Source of the DNA: Macrostomum lignano
Lineage: Eukaryota
Assembly: GCA_002269645.1 (NCBI GenBank)
Contig: NIVC01004842.1
Span: 1 to 33,666 of the forward strand
Direction of reading: 5' to 3'
DNA: 33,666 bases
Part shown: in pieces, positions 1 to 12,170 of the stretch
Layout of the letters: each line of letters starts with the position of its first letter
Position numbering within the stretch: the stretch's first letter is position 1
Translations under genes and position numbers: made by a program
The notes under the pieces: model-generated
Databases searched by the model: none
What the model saw: the letters and a program-made list of their open reading frames with translations, nothing else
What the model was told of the DNA's origin: nothing

Positions 1-5
1 CTTAC

Positions 6-255
6 TGCATTTTGCTTTGATGTTGCGCCAGTGCTGCCGAACTGCGGGCCGCTCGGGCATCGGTTGAGACTGGCAGATGAAGCCGTCGGTGCGGCTTCGA
101 GTTCGCCGACTGCAGCTTCACTGTGGCGGCGCGTCGGTGCCCGCTGTCGAAGCGTCGTCTGTAAAGGCGGCATTGTCGAATGCCGGATATCGGCGAGGAT
201 CGTAGATGGCAAAGAAGGCCACCGAGGACGATGGAGACGGGGCTGATGAAGCCAT
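6..255 (-). CDS. Possible first coding exon of a gene running off the left edge; reading frame uncertain
   Basis: GC-rich island. ATG at 255 reads MASSAPSPSSSVAFFAIYDPRRYPAFDNAAFTDD but stops at about 118-120. A second frame is open from 281 to the edge. A GTAAG donor lies at minus-strand positions 5-1. Confidence 0.25.
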
Positions 256-900
256 GGGTTCTGCTTGAGTAGGCGGAAATGTCACAAGTTACGTTTCTTC
301 GCTAGAAAGTTTTGCTCCGAGAACTGCTCAGGACTAAGAGCACAGCTACACTCAGACTACAGGAGCGGAAGGCAGCCGGTGTTTCTGTGGATTTCTAGAG
401 ACTCGAACAGCGGCTATACTGCAGCAATGCGCAGAGGGCTGGGGTGGTCGCGCTGGTGGCAGAGGCGGGCTTTCAATGCAGCAAGTTGGGGGAATAAATT
501 GGCTGTGCGATCGATATCCTTGAGGAGGTTGCGCGGCGCCGGGCCACCCCTCTCTCTCTCTCCTTTTCTTTCTCTCTGACTCTTCCCTTAGCTGGTGTGT
601 GATGTGAGTCACTCGCCCAAGCCAAAGAAAGACCGAGAGGTTTTACTGCAGATTAGACTCGCCCGCCGAGGCACGAAACTAATGTCAAGACGCTAAATGT
701 ATCCCAACTTCTACGCTTTGCGTCGAAATTAGTCGATAAACTGCAAAATTTACGTTTAATACTGGGAAAGCCATTCGTGCATTTGGCCTGCTTTTCATGA
801 CTAAATTATGGCAGAAAGTTTTGCAAAAACTTCAATGCATTTGACTGTAACAGTTGGAGTATACTCGTAGAATCGATCTTATTTCATACACTGATTCTGT

Positions 901-1030
901 TTTTGTTGTTGGTGGTGGTGTTTTTGTTGTTGTTGTTTTACTTGTTTTTTTATTACTGTTGTTGCTGTCTCGACGTTGTTTTACGCTCGTAGTTGTTTCA
1001 GTTGTTGTTGTTGTTGTTGTTGTTGCTGTT
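901..1030. repeat. Imperfect (GTT)n microsatellite
   Basis: Runs of gttgttgtt are visible; they explain the poly-V, poly-C and poly-Q pseudo-ORFs here. Confidence 0.85.
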
Positions 1031-1472
1031 TTTGTCCAGCAACTTGCTTTAACAGACCGAAAAATATGAAGGAAATTAACAGTACCGATGCTCGTCTCTT
1101 AGATTGTAACAGCCAATTCAAAGTTCTTAAGCGTATTTTTTTAATTGTTACGTCACCAGCCAATAAGATGTCTTTATTTAAACAGAAACATGCAATTCTG
1201 TATAAAAGAATTGCTATAACGGGTACTTGTAAGTGTAAGAAAAGGTCCGGATTCGGGGACAACCAGCCAACAGGTCACCATTACATCTGAATCAGAGTGG
1301 TCTAAAACTGTGTGCAAATCAAGACAGGTGAGAATAAATACTGATACTGAGGCCGCTGAAGTGCGTCCGAGCGGCCGCTTGGAGAGTTGTGGCCAGAGTT
1401 GGCTTAAAGCTGCCACTTGATGACCACTGGTTTCGAAGTGGAAAATCTAACATGCTTATACACTTATGTCAA

Positions 1473-1635
1473 GGGGTTGTAGCCTTTTAGTCAGAGCGTC
1501 GGACTCTGGACAGAAAGTTCGGGAGTTCGATTCTCGACCCACAATCGGAACAATTTGTATCCTTGAGCAAGATTCTTAACTCTGCATTGCTTCAGTTCAC
1601 CCGGCTGTAAAAATGGGTGCCAGCATTAGCTGGGC
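1473..1635 (+). mobile_element. tRNA-derived SINE with CORE-like central domain (3' end undetermined)
   Basis: tRNA-like head 1474-1543: GGGTTG pairs with CGACCC, B-box GTTCGATTC at 1525-1533, GGACTCTGGA arm. It is followed at 1556-1617 by TGTATCCTTGAGCAAGATTCTTAACTCTGCATTGCTTCAGTTCACCCGGCTGTAAAAATGGG, which aligns by eye to the MIR CORE consensus (TGTGACCTTGGGCAAGTTACTTAACCTCTCTG..CCTCAGTTTCCTCATCTGTAAAATGGG, from memory). Confidence 0.8.
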
Positions 1636-1825
1636 TAATTGAGGGTGGGCATGACAACCCCCAGTCCTTGGACTGAACAGCCGTACGCAGCCTTCAGATG
1701 CGCCGCGCAATAGCTGCGGCTGAGCTGTCAGTTGCACATCTAGTCCAGTTGGGCCATGGACCCTTCCCGCAGGGGTGGATCACACTTCAATGATGCTGAG
1801 TGTATACGGGTATTTTTGAATATCT

Positions 1826-2569
1826 ATGGCAGAAACTATAACGGGAATCGCCTACGCCTACGTAAGATCCTATTCCAACACGCGGCTTCCATCGGAAGAC
1901 GATACTCAAGCCTCAAGCATGGCAGGAAATTTCAGCTCGATCGTAGAAACCGGCCTGTTGTCAATTGTTTGCATCATTCTGCGCACCCTGAGACGAACTT
2001 CTCATTTAATATTGGTGCACGTCAGCTGGCTGGTGTCACTAGCTGAGCTGCTGCTGGCTACAGCCATTAGCGGTCAGTGCAGCTTCTACCTGGGCTCCAT
2101 GCAGTGGCACCTGGTGCAGACAGCCGGTCTGTTCGGCCTGCTGGGCGCCTTGGAGTTCTCCGGCTGGCTGGACAGGCCCAGTCTGCTGTGCAGGCTGCCC
2201 AGCTTCCCAGCCTGGCTGACTCACAATCTGTCGAGAAGGCAAGAATTTCTGCTGGACCCAATTGTGCAGTCCATTGTTGAACGCGGCTCTGTTGCTGGGG
2301 CCGGAAGTGTGTTGCTAAGCAGTAGTCTGAGCAGCGCTGATCAGCGACGCCTGGCCCAGATGTTCCTTTTGTTTTATCTGACGCTGCTTGCGTGGGTCTG
2401 CGGCAAGGGTTGTGTTTTCATCTATTTGTATTACTCGCGATGCGATTATATTGTTAATGCGCTAGATGGCTTTGCTTGCGGTTACTTGCGCACTTCGTTG
2501 CCGGCAATTTTCACGGCATCAGTTATTGTAAGGCTTGTTATGTTTGTCTTCTGTATTTTGCCTGTTTGA
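1826..2569 (+). CDS. Putative multi-pass membrane protein, weakly resembling a secretin/adhesion-family 7TM segment; exon structure unresolved
   Basis: 247-aa ORF with several hydrophobic helices. GLLSIVCIIL..RTSHLILVHVSWLVSLAELLLATAISGQC..WHLVQTAGLFGLL resembles the TM1-TM3 pattern (SIxCL..IHxNL..SLxLAxLL..C..LHYF). GC-rich codon usage at 2040-2390; the C-terminal part may be intronic or UTR. Confidence 0.4.
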   Translation: MAETITGIAYAYVRSYSNTRLPSEDDTQASSMAGNFSSIVETGLLSIVCIILRTLRRTSHLILVHVSWLVSLAELLLATAISGQCSFYLGSMQWHLVQTAGLFGLLGALEFSGWLDRPSLLCRLPSFPAWLTHNLSRRQEFLLDPIVQSIVERGSVAGAGSVLLSSSLSSADQRRLAQMFLLFYLTLLAWVCGKGCVFIYLYYSRCDYIVNALDGFACGYLRTSLPAIFTASVIVRLVMFVFCILPV

Positions 2570-3397
2570 TTTAAACTGTTAGGTGCATTCCTATGTGTAC
2601 TGTAATATTATTTGATAGATAAATTGATAAATTCTGTTTGAATTACGTAGATGCATGTTCGAATAATAAATATGTTCACTATTATTTGTTATCAAGTCGA
2701 ATAATGCAGTCAAAAGTACTTGTCTCGCTACATCCGTTAATTAGATCCAATAATTACTGCATGTAGTCACCTCTCCAGTCACAGAGATTTCTTTCTTTAG
2801 CTGTAACTTTAGACAAATTCAAGTACAAAGGATGAATTAAGTTGATATACATGTATCTATTTGATGTCAACTGAATCTCTACGACTTGCGTGAATGTTTT
2901 TACCAATGCTACATATACACAAAATGGAAAAAAGTCCATGGAGTGGTTAGTGGATTTCTAAATCGAACTTTACTTTATTGGCACTGGCCACCTTATACTA
3001 GGCGATCCCAATCGTATTTGCCCGACTATTTTTTAATTTTTCTAGTAAATTAAAAAACTTACAGAAAGTACGATTACAACTGCAATGTTTTTATCTTTAT
3101 GTAAAAGTTTTTCAGTTTCGAATTTGTTTAAATTGTTGACATGACTTTTGTTACCGTTTGTAAGTTTAATTTGGAATTTTTCTTGCATTTTAAATATTAA
3201 CGGCCGGGCTTTTGCAGTTATCTTTACCTTTAGGCTTTGCTTCTCATCGATTAATGAAATGGAGCCTAAATTTATCCTTGTCGTTTGCTATATTATCATA
3301 TTATATTATATTATCATAAAGTTTTGAAGTTACTTCTAGTGGCAGTTTTAAACCAGTTACATTACATGCATACAAAGCTTGCCTTACATGTAGTGTG

Positions 3398-3690
3398 GGT
3401 AATGGCTAGCTAGAGTTCTGGCACCGGAACCTGTTTTCTAATGGCTATGTTCGGCAGTCTTCTACAGGCAGTTATCTACTAATGAAGTCTTTGAACATTA
3501 GAAGTATTTTGTTTTGAATCTCATCGTTTCGTTTTGATCTTATATTGAACATTTCCCAATATCAACCACCCGTTAAAAAAAGTATTTTTTTTTCTGCTAT
3601 ATTACACCCATAAATTACACTACTGGAATACCACTGCCGGATCCATAGCCGTTAGAAATGGGTTCCGGTGCCGGAACTCTAGCCATTGCC
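3398..3690. mobile_element. 293-bp MITE, Mutator-like (long TIRs starting GG, 9-bp TSD)
   Basis: Imperfect TIRs of about 60 bp at 3398-3458 and 3633-3690 (GGYAATGGCTA..GAGTTCYGGCACCGGAACC..TTTCTAAYGGCTATG..CGGCAGT). Flanked by the exact direct repeat TGTAGTGTG at 3389-3397 and 3691-3699. Confidence 0.85.
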
Positions 3691-4511
3691 TGTAGTGTGG
3701 CTGCCAAGTCAATTTTTTGTCTCTTATTTTTGTCGTCGTCATTTATATTGTGGTAAAGAGGAGGCAAATTTAAACCTTGATACTACTTTCTTTTTTTATT
3801 TTGTTGTAGTTACATTGTTTTTGACGCCAGTTATATGGTTATTGGCTTCCTTTTTTAATTCTAGTTTAATCATGTCCATGACAGAGAGTTTTACCAACTT
3901 TAATCACATTGGCTGATCCATCCAATTTAAAGAAAATATCCAGATTTTATGATTTTATCAGGAAAAACCGTGCGAAATAGAAAATAGAATTTAGTTTTTT
4001 ATTGTAACGAAAATTGCACAAGCATTGACTGGCTTGATTAGAAGATAGAACTAAAAATTATAATTTTTGCTATGCAAATGTCTTGTCTTGCATTGAGGAT
4101 TTAGAAGAATTCATAAAGTATTGCTGACTGCATTCAAAACAGAAAGCAAGTTGGATATTGTAGTTGAATTTTTGACAGTCAATTAAAATAAAAGCCAATA
4201 GATATGCTACATCTATATAGTATTTTATGATTAATTCTAATGAGAGTTGATTATAAACTTAGAGAAGCTTTGTCTTCTTTGGAAATATACACACGACACT
4301 TATTTCAGTGTACAGTTGAATCTAAATTTTAACTTTGTATTTTTTTTAAATAAAAACATCTTTTATTCCACATATCCTATTAAAAAGGCTGTCCTATTAA
4401 AAATATGAAGGCTTCAAATGTTGAAAACTTAGTTTAAAGCATGTCTGGACGTTGCTATGCGTGAAAGTCACTTTTAAAAATATATTGCATGCCAATTTTC
4501 AAGCCATCCAA

Positions 4512-5834
<1,323 letters not shown>

Positions 5835-6494
5835 ACTGGAATAGATTTCTCTTCCATGCGCGTTTTTACTACCGTTAATAATATTAGCGATTATAATCGA
5901 ATAGCGATTCTGCTGTTTTATTCACTGTTTTCTGCACCTTAAATTTTATTACTTATCTGCAATCAGGCTCTGGGAGCAATATAGGCTCGTAAAGCGACAA
6001 GCATATTTTTTGTTTTGTTTACGCATCCATAACTGTATGCGAGCTCTACTCGTAGATTTTAAACATTTCCAATGTTGGACCCCAGATTTTTAACCTTATG
6101 TGTTGCTTAAAAAGTTTTTTTCAAATCGTTGCAATCCTGATATAGGTTTGGCCATTTCCCATGCTTGTTTATCGCAAATTCTTAAGCTTTCATAACTGAT
6201 TGATATTGAATTACTAGCTAAATATATATATATATATGAAACGCTTCAATGAACTCAGTTTTAGACGTTTTCGTGCTTAAAGAATTATGGATTTCATGCT
6301 TGATTTTAAGGCGGCTTTGTGCTTTGACGAAGCAACACAAAAACTGTGTTATTGACAAACATAAACAAAACCGTACACTGCAGTCGTAGCAGTCGTAGCC
6401 TGTACTATGGTAATCCTAATGGCCTAAACACAACAAAACTCAACAAAATACGTTGTCAATCAGTCAGCAGACAACGTCATAAGGCGCGTTTTCA

Positions 6495-7081
6495 AGGCCT
6501 GGGCGCGAACGTAGGCCGCACCGCCGGCAGCGTCCAGGTCTCGGCGTTGTACAACAGACGGTCTCGATCACCGCCTGGAACAACGCCGCTCTCTGGCGGT
6601 CGGACAGGGGTCTCGGACTGCAGGACTGTCCTCACAGAGCGAAAGGCAGCCCAGGCAAGTCCACGGCGACGTCGCAGGTCCTCGCAAACGTCAGGCACCA
6701 GACCGCTGAGGTAGACGAACTGCTGACAGCACGGAAGCTTCGTCACCTGCCCGTCAGCGCCACGGCAGAAAATTGCAGCCTCAATGTCGTCCGGCACGCA
6801 GAGCACGACAGTCTTCTGCGTGTTGACCACCAGGCCGACGCTCGCTGGCGCTGGGCGGCGCTCACCGGTTGGCGTTGACCCACGCGTCGCTGCAGCTGGA
6901 AGCCGTCGTCGTTAGAAGGGAGAGCAGTCCGCAGCACTCAGTCAAGCACCAGAACGAACAGGAACGGCGCAAGCGTATCTCCCTGAAGCACCCTAGAGGA
7001 TGTCTCAAAGAAATCCGGTAGGTTTTCCGGTGTTAGCACAGCAGCGTTCGTGCCATGATACAGCGCCATGACGGCGGAAAT
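6495..7081 (-). mobile_element. Decayed RTE-clade non-LTR retrotransposon, reverse transcriptase fragment
   Basis: Minus strand reads ISAVMALYHGTNAAV..RVLQGDTLAPFLFVLVLD*VLR (RT motif with an in-frame stop), then shifted frames give VNTQKT, FVYL and LLYNAETWT, typical of RTE elements. The YADD block is missing (internal deletion). Confidence 0.85.
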
Positions 7082-7706
7082 CACACAGATGACAAATCAC
7101 AGAAACAAAGTAATTTGTATCACCTTTGTTGGCTAGCTAGGTGAATCTGTAATCTATGCAATAGCTAAATAAAAACATGTATGAAGACTGTTAATTAATA
7201 ACGAAAAGCACCTACAGACATGGTATTGTCTCTGAGTAGTCTGCAAGCAATGATCTCGCATTTACAGAAGGCCATCGACTATTTTGAGCAGCTCTCCAAT
7301 CTGTCTGGCCCCGCTTTTGTACGGCAATCAATTGTGGACTCCAGTTTATGGCGGGGAAATCATGAGGGTGATGGAGAGGGAGAGGCGTGGGAGAGAGAAA
7401 CTACGGGTAGGAAAGCCGCGGGGAAAAGTTCAGATCAGCTCATCTCTTCATCAACTTTAGCCTGACCCGTAAGATCCGCTGATCCCCCACCCGTGCAATC
7501 CCCTGATGGGCTGAATCTGCGCCTTCTCGGATCCCCCCGTCCATTCTCAAGGGTTACCGCGTCCCCGTGCGTCGCTCTGATTGGCGGTTGCCAATGACAA
7601 CTAAAAATCTCCCCAGTCTCAAGCCTTCTAAAGACAATTGTTCTCAAGGGTTCAGGTTCAGGCCCTCATTTCCCCGCTGAGCCAATTCACCGCTTTGGGC
7701 TCGGCG

Positions 7707-8102
7707 ATGTCTAGCCAAAGAAGCAGCCAGGACGGCAAGAAATACGCAGCCAAAGATGTCAGCAAAGAGGCGTTCAAAACGGAAAAGAAGCAGAATTTGC
7801 GAGTAGAGAGGGACCAGTTCAACTACAAGTCGCAGAAACCGGACGCGAAAAAGCAGCAACCGCAGCAGCAGCAACCACCGCCATCACATCCGCAAAACCA
7901 GCAACCGCAAGAGCAACAGCCACCGCAGTCACATCCGCAGAAGCAGCAACCGCAAAAGCAGCAACCACAGCAGCAGCAGCCACCGCCGCCGCCGCTACAT
8001 CCGCAGAAGCAGCCTCAGCAACAGCAGCTGTACTCTGACAACTGGGACGCCGAAATCAATAAGGATTTGGAGAGACTGAAGCGCTTCGGACTAAAAGATT
8101 AG
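7707..8102 (+). CDS. Orphan 131-aa K-rich, Q/P-repeat protein (single ORF)
   Basis: ATG at 7707 within ORF 7638-8102. Non-repetitive ends flank QQPQQQQPPxxHPQ repeats. CCAAT-type motifs at about 7578-7596 upstream and AATAAA at 8168-8173 downstream. No recognised homology. Confidence 0.4.
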   Translation: MSSQRSSQDGKKYAAKDVSKEAFKTEKKQNLRVERDQFNYKSQKPDAKKQQPQQQQPPPSHPQNQQPQEQQPPQSHPQKQQPQKQQPQQQQPPPPPLHPQKQPQQQQLYSDNWDAEINKDLERLKRFGLKD

Positions 8103-8940
8103 GATCTGCTAATGCTGATCTGAAGGATCCAGCAGCGATTAGGATCGAATCCAGGATTGATTTTTTCAATAAAAGTGCAGCAAGCCATGCTGCAGATGAT
8201 AGAAATATCATCCAAGCCTTACTAGCGTACTGTATATTTGCCTAGCTATAATTTTTATTGGAAGATATTGTTTCACTTTTATACAAACTGAGATCCTATT
8301 CCATTATCACCTTTCACTCGCAAATAAAAGTCGCCATAAAAATGCAATCTCGCAAAAAAATTTTTCGTTTTGTAACAGACAATTGGCTTTTAAACAATAG
8401 GATTTCTGAATTGTAGACTGGCAAGCTTGAGGCCAGGTGCCTTTTTATTTCCATTGTTTCGTTTTGCATTCAGATGGAACGGCTGGCGATTCCGTGCCAG
8501 GCCAATTAATTTGGGGCATCGGTTCTCGCCCATGACGGCCAACCCCCAAGGTACAGAGAGTGTACAGTACATGCCTGAATATGACCAAGCCAGGGCCGCT
8601 GTTCACCCTGTGTGATCGCGTTCCTGCAGTGGTCAGCTCAAAAGTTCAAAATTTTGTCCATGTTCAAAATCTTAAAAGTGGAAAATAATAAATCATTCTC
8701 TATGTTGAATACTAAAAATTGTTCGTAATAAAATGTTTATGAAATATATTACAACAATATCGAAATCGGTGAAATCAAATACCAATTATGCTTAATCATT
8801 ACAAATTCGCAATTCTGATTAAAAAATGATGATTTTGCAGCTCTCTCGACAAAAAAATATCAGCTGATCTGCTGACGAATGCTCCTGCGGGCCACAATCG
8901 GCAATCTTGGTCTTCGGGACGGAGCTTAGACCGTTGAAGT

Positions 8941-9191
8941 AGCACCGGTTAACCTGGGACAGGATCAGCACCGGTAAACCTGGGACAGGATCAGCACCAA
9001 AGTAAACTCTGGGTCAGGATCAGCACCGGTTAACCTAGTATAGGATCATCACTGGTTAACCCGGGACAGGATCAGCACTGGTTAACCCGGGATAGAATCA
9101 GCACCAGTTAACCTGGGGCAGGATCAGCACCAGTTAACCCGGGACCGGGAGAGAGGATCAGAACCGGGTAACCCGAGGCAGGGTCTGTACC
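8941..9191. repeat. 26-bp tandem repeat (AGCACCGGTTAACCTGGGACAGGATC), about 9 diverged copies
   Basis: Directly visible; each unit carries a palindromic GGTTAACC-like core. Confidence 0.9.
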
Positions 9192-9200
9192 AGTGCTTGA

Positions 9201-10166
9201 CTATCGCCACCACCAGGTGAAAGCGTCAAGTTCCTCATCCCCGCTCTCAGTCAGTTCAAATCCCGGCGGAACCAGCAGTTCCACGGTCCTACTTTCGCTT
9301 CGATACTTGAACGTCGACGAGCTGCGATCGTCGGCTAATCGGCGCAGCACAGAGAGCACGTCGACGGTGACGAGAACCGCGGTGGCATCTTCGTGGCAGA
9401 TGCCGCAGTCGCAGCAGTCGGTGTCGTGCTTCCACGGCTTGGCTATGGCGCTGAGGTTGGCGGCGGCGCACCGGTCGGCAACCAGCCGAGCCAGCGAGTC
9501 GGCCTCAAGCAGCGACTTGGACAGCGACTCCAAGGTCGATGTCGACGACGATTTGTAGGCGAAAATGGCGTAGCTTTCAAACTGCAAGTCGTTTTGTGGA
9601 AAATCAAAGATGAAAGGAGAGGGAAATTCGGAGATTGCAGAAAACTTGTCTGGAGCTTACGAGCTATCGTGCGATTAAGGCCAGTGTTGGTGTGTCAAGG
9701 ACTACTGACTCAAGGACTATTCAAGCAGCAGGACGGAAACGGGGTTTCTTGGAAAATTTTAGGTGGCAGGTTTCAGAGAATATCGCGGCTGCAATTTTGA
9801 ATCTGAAAAGCTGAGAACACGGTCGACTTGAAAAATACCTTGAACACAAACCTGTTGCAGGGCAGCTGTCGAGGTTTCTCCAGCCGCAGTCTCTGGAGGA
9901 GACGCCCGGCAGTTCAACAGGCGCAGCCGGACGAAATCGTGGCAAAGCGGCGGAGCTGCGGCCGAGTCGGCAGCCAGCGATCCGACATCCAGCCGGAAGC
10001 CGCGGTCCCGCAGCCCGGTGGAATCGAGCAGAACACTGTCCAGCAACCGAGTCTGCTCAGTGATTGACACAAAATGAGACCCGAGCCGCTGCCACTGCGG
10101 CCAGGACAGGGAAACCAGACGGTGCTGCTGCGGCTGGGAGTAATCTTCTTCCCGCTTCTTCTCCAT
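9201..10166 (-). CDS. Hypothetical protein, 231 aa; exons 10166-9852 and 9581-9201
   Basis: Two GC-rich ORFs are joined in frame by a phase-0 intron (CAG|GTTTGT donor at 9851, TTGCAG acceptor ending 9582). The product looks globular (RLLDSVLLD..LCHDFVRLRL..FESYAIFAY..VTVDVLSVLRRL..ELLVPPGF), but I do not recognise the family. Confidence 0.65.
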
Positions 10167-11252
10167 GAGTTTTCATTCTTTCAGTTGCGACTGTGCTAGT
10201 GGACTGAAGTAGCCAAAGCTACTTCGAGAACGTAAAAAAAATTTTGAGTGCTTTTGTGCAGGCAAACTGAGATAATAAACAAGCACAAGAGCTCACACCA
10301 CAGCTGTACATTACGCGCACTGCCTTTTGCAAAATCTCTGTCTATTTTAGAGTCCCAATGAATCTCGTTCTCACGCGGCTCTTTGGCTGTACAGGAAGAC
10401 ATTTTTTCAACATTTCCTGTCATAGCGATGCGCAGACCAGCTTTATAGCGTATAAGCTTCAAGGCAAAAAAGCCTGCATGGACTGGACACTCTGCAGAGG
10501 CAGAGATTAGTAGAAAAGCATGCATAAGAGCGTACGCTGGTTCACGTAGATTCGATCCTGATCTACACTCTACAGCTATTTACTTAAGTATTTAAATGAC
10601 ACCGAGCATTGCCAGCTGCATGTACTGCCGCATACGTTATTGCAGTGTTCATGCTATTGCTGTACAAAGTAATCTTTATCTGGAAAAGCATTTTGGAACA
10701 GCTGAATGTCAAAGATATACTGAGGAAATGACGACAATTACTTTGCAATTACAGAATGGAGGCGTTAGATTGCCGATTGCTACCATGTAGAGTCAGTTTG
10801 CTTGGCTATTCGGTTTACAGAATCTGTCCCAGAACTGCGACCGTATTTAGTGTAGTTCTAGAATTCAGATTCTTGACCCAATCCTGCTGGGAGTTTCTCA
10901 GGAATGAAAAAAAATGTCTATGAACAATGATAAATAATCAGCGGTCTCAGTGCGTGACAACGATTGTCTGACGAGCGCGGGTAGGCCTTAGGCCCTGCGC
11001 CCCCGACAGGGGCACTGCTTCACAAGGCGTTGCTGAATTACAGTAAATATTCATAAATAGATAATAATATCGGTATACCCGATACATCTACATCCCGGAC
11101 AGGTGATTCTAACGGTAAGAGATCAACTAGACAAATTTATTGGTTGAGAAACAGTCCGCGCTAGAAAAGAAAAAATTCTCAAGAGCACTTTAAATGCACT
11201 AGCGATATGATAAATATAGTTACATATACACTACCTCTTATTGTCGAGTTAC

Positions 11253-11470
11253 TTTCATAAGCTCGAAATTTCATAAGCTCAAAATTTCACAACCTCGAAA
11301 ACAATTTTAGCAGCCGACTTCACAAGCTGTAAAAATGGTTTTCGAGGTTGTGAAATTTCGAGCTTGTGAAGTCGCTTGCTAAAATTTTCGAGGATATGAA
11401 ATTTCGAGCTTGTGAAGTCGGCTGCTAAAATTTTCGAGGTTGTGAAGTTTCGAGCTTGTGAAGCGACCCC
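11253..11470. repeat. Foldback-type inverted repeat built of ~16-bp subrepeats (TTTCACAAGCTCGAAA-like)
   Basis: Left arm 11253-11328 is the near reverse complement of about 11405-11463; the right side holds tandem copies of GAAATTTCGAGCTTGTGAAGTCGGCTGCTAAAATTTTCGAGG. Confidence 0.75.
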
Positions 11471-12170
11471 TTACTCTCCTACAGTTCATTTCCTAGAAAA
11501 TTAAGTACAAAGTTTGGCTGACTACAGTATTGTCTAAAATGGGTTAAATCACAATAGAAAAAGCAGAGTAGTTGAATATTTTTTTACATATCCTTCGTTT
11601 AAAAAAAATTTTGACTCCAAAAATGAGTATGTACGTCACTTTAAGTTTGTTTAACTGGTGACATGATTTTTAACTGTTTTTCTTTTTCGTATTTTAAATT
11701 GCTGTCGTCGATCGATCGATGATGCTGAGCGAGCATCCATGATACATTGTCCTAAGTTCTAACTTACTTGCAGTTTCACCTTCATTATAATTCTCTTGTC
11801 TTTCCCCTTAATTACTGTAGTTAGAAGTTGTGTATCGATTTCTTTTTTGTACTCTAATTTAGAACATTCTGTGTGAAGTTTGATTTTGCATTTTAAATGC
11901 TAAGGAGTTTTCAAATTTCAAATTTTAGTTTTCTAACTTAACTTCTGGAATCTGGTCTACTAAATCTGCCTACTAACAATCATAATAGTAGGCACAAGTT
12001 AATAATTATTACCCTGTTTTCTGTTTAGATTTATTCATTCAGTTCGTCATTAAGTAGAGACAGTTTGTCATCGACATAGGCTATAGAGAGACTTTGAGAC
12101 TTAGTAGGTCTGTTAAGTGTTAACTTTATTTCTGTCATTGATTGGCTTCATACTTATTAGCCTTATTAGA

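Noticed and set aside
1474-1543. Functional tRNA gene
   Set aside because: The D-arm and anticodon stem pair poorly, there is no poly-T terminator, and it runs straight into a SINE CORE-like domain.
7220-7465. TPR-like exon (HLQKAIDYFEQ)
   Set aside because: A single short motif with no convincing splice partners.
8473-8550. Possible isolated exon (TTTGCATTCAG acceptor, AAG|GTACAG donor)
   Set aside because: No recognisable product and no gene model to attach it to.
9395-9435. CxxCH cytochrome c haem motif (CGICH)
   Set aside because: A short motif expected by chance; no targeting signal or cytochrome c context.
9721-9945. PRFRPAA repeated at both ends of a 74-aa minus-strand ORF
   Set aside because: The first copy is an off-frame reading of exon 1 of the hypothetical gene and the second is in its intron; nothing else supports coding, so I treat it as coincidence.
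10196-10790. ORFs 10196-10525 (-) and 10596-10790 (+)
   Set aside because: AT-rich, no motifs or coding bias; probably UTR or promoter sequence.
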